Shown piece after piece: positions 55,982 through 57,353 of a DNA stretch of 57,353 nt (the stretch's first letter is position 1; each line of letters starts with the position of its first letter). The notes beneath the pieces are model-generated. The model was given only the letters and a program-made list of their open reading frames with translations, had not been told where the DNA came from and did no database searches. The stretch is from Craspedostauros australis (taxonomy: Eukaryota): the NCBI GenBank assembly GCA_030167865.1, contig JALAGF010004837.1, positions 310,001-367,353 on the forward strand, read 5' to 3'. The position numbers were made by a program, and so were the translations under genes.

Positions 55982-57353
55982 ATGACCGACCAAGGCGAGA
56001 AAGAACTCAACAAGACAGTGACGAACATGACGTCCCGCAGTCTCAAGTCCATGCCATCCAACGCCGAGCTCATGGCCGGAGTGAGCCAAGGCCATCACGA
56101 GGAACCACAGATGTGGGGGCGCGGCATCATCAATGACATCAAGAGGACCGTCGGAACCCACTGGGTGGAGGTACGTTCGAACACAGCAACGTAGAATGGA
56201 GTAGAACCGAGCGGGTACTGCAATGTATTGGTACCGTACTGTACTGTACTACACTGCACTACGAATATATGGTGTTCATTGGCATGCACTCATTGGCATC
56301 TCTTGATCACTAGCGCTGCCATGTCTACCACCACCACCATCACCGCCAACGTTCGCTTCTTCTCACACTCATTCACCCCACTTTGACCACCAACTATCAA
56401 CCAATCAACCAACATCAATCAACTACCCACCATTCACCATGAATTCAACAGGAAATGACCAACTTCAACCAGAAAACCGTCGCTGTCACCTTCCTCGTCT
56501 TCATCTCCGTCATCTCCCCAACCCTCACCTTCGGAGCTGTCTACGGAAAGGCAACCGACAACCAGATCGGTGCCATCGAGACCATCATGGCAACCGCCTG
56601 GGTGGGTGTCGTCTACAGTCTCATCGGCGGAATGCCAATCTGCGTCATCGGATCCACCGGTCCGGTCCTCGCATTCTCCACCGTCGTGTACAACCTCTCC
56701 AAGAACCTCGATGTTCCCTTCCTCACCTTCAACGCATGGGTCAGTGTGTGGCTCTTCGCCTACACCCTCATCGCTGGATTCTTCGATCTCACCAGATACG
56801 TCAAGCTCGCCACTCGCTTCACCGACGAGATCTTCGCCCTCCTCATCGTCAGCATCTTCGTGATGGACGCCATCGGTGATCCATTCAGCGACGTTGGACT
56901 TCTTCATTACATGAACCCAGATCATGCCTCTCACACGGAACTCGAGGAGGAAGATCCAAACTACGCCTACATCTCTTCCGGATTCCTGAGNGTGATCCTC
57001 GGACTTGGAACCACCTCGCTGATCTTCTTCTTCCGTGGATTCCGTCATTCTCCATTCTTCTGCAACGACGGCACCCGCACATCCATCCATGATTTCTCCG
57101 TCACACTGTCGGTCGTCGTGTGGACCCTCGTCAAGCAGGTCATCTTCGATCACGTCGAGACAGAATCATTGAGCGTCCCAGATGAATTCGAGCCAACCTT
57201 CGCATGCTGCGATTCTTCGTGCCGTACCTTCTTCCCAGATGACTGCGAAGATCAGGCTGAGGCCGCCGGAACACGATCCTGGTTGGTCGACTTCGGTGAT
57301 TTGAACGGAAAGACTTGGGTGATCTTCGCAGCTGCTGGTCCTGCCATCCTCGC
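55982..57353 (+). CDS. SLC4: SLC4-family bicarbonate transporter (HCO3- cotransporter domain), 3' truncated by the window end
   Basis: Exon 1 55982-56170 (..WGRGIINDIKRTVGTHWVE|GTACGT); exon 2 from 56452 (ACAG|EMTNFNQKTVAVTFLVFISVISPTLTFGAVYGKATDNQIGAIET..GGMPICVIGSTGPVLAF..TRFTDEIFALLIVSIF..), open to the window end. One ambiguous base N at 56991 (codon AGN). Confidence 0.95.

Noticed and set aside
56991-56991. Ambiguous base N in SLC4 exon 2
   Set aside because: Third position of an AGN codon; cannot create a stop or frameshift, so it is an assembly ambiguity or heterozygous site.

Overview
This is eukaryotic nuclear DNA, most consistent with a diatom or other stramenopile. The basis is GT-AG spliceosomal introns, a diatom-type SLC4 bicarbonate transporter, diatom-type COG3899-like STAND ATPase and GT60 genes, and microsatellite-rich UTRs and introns. 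Because the ORF track allows GTG/TTG starts and ignores introns, I rebuilt gene models by hand. I find 18 protein-coding genes, two of them truncated by the window edges: a TPR protein (probable methyltransferase), a second TPR protein, CWC21/SRRM2-like, AP-2 mu, a TauE/SafE transporter, a DHHC palmitoyltransferase, a small single-TM protein (COX14-like?), PP2C, a disordered KEN/CDK-site protein, SWI3/SMARCC-like, an NFRKB-like(?) protein, a NIN-like GAF + WRKY19-like zinc-finger protein, a STAND ATPase, a GT60 GlcNAc transferase, a TBC+rhodanese protein, a Ser/Thr kinase, an Alba protein and SLC4. All 14 complete introns are GT-AG, 243-605 bp, and keep the reading frame. Most notable: (1) a 5-exon protein fusing plant NLP-type GAF sensor domains to Cys/His zinc-finger repeats in place of RWP-RK/PB1; (2) a tight cluster of CRE/CCRE motifs and a stop-start-overlapping uORF upstream of SLC4; (3) a stand-alone intronless STAND NTPase-helical repeat protein; (4) a CpG-depleted block with a probable Copia relic; (5) a perfect 22-bp palindrome just after a stop codon. 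I recognised no rRNA, tRNA or CRISPR features. Family assignments come from motif recognition, not database searches.
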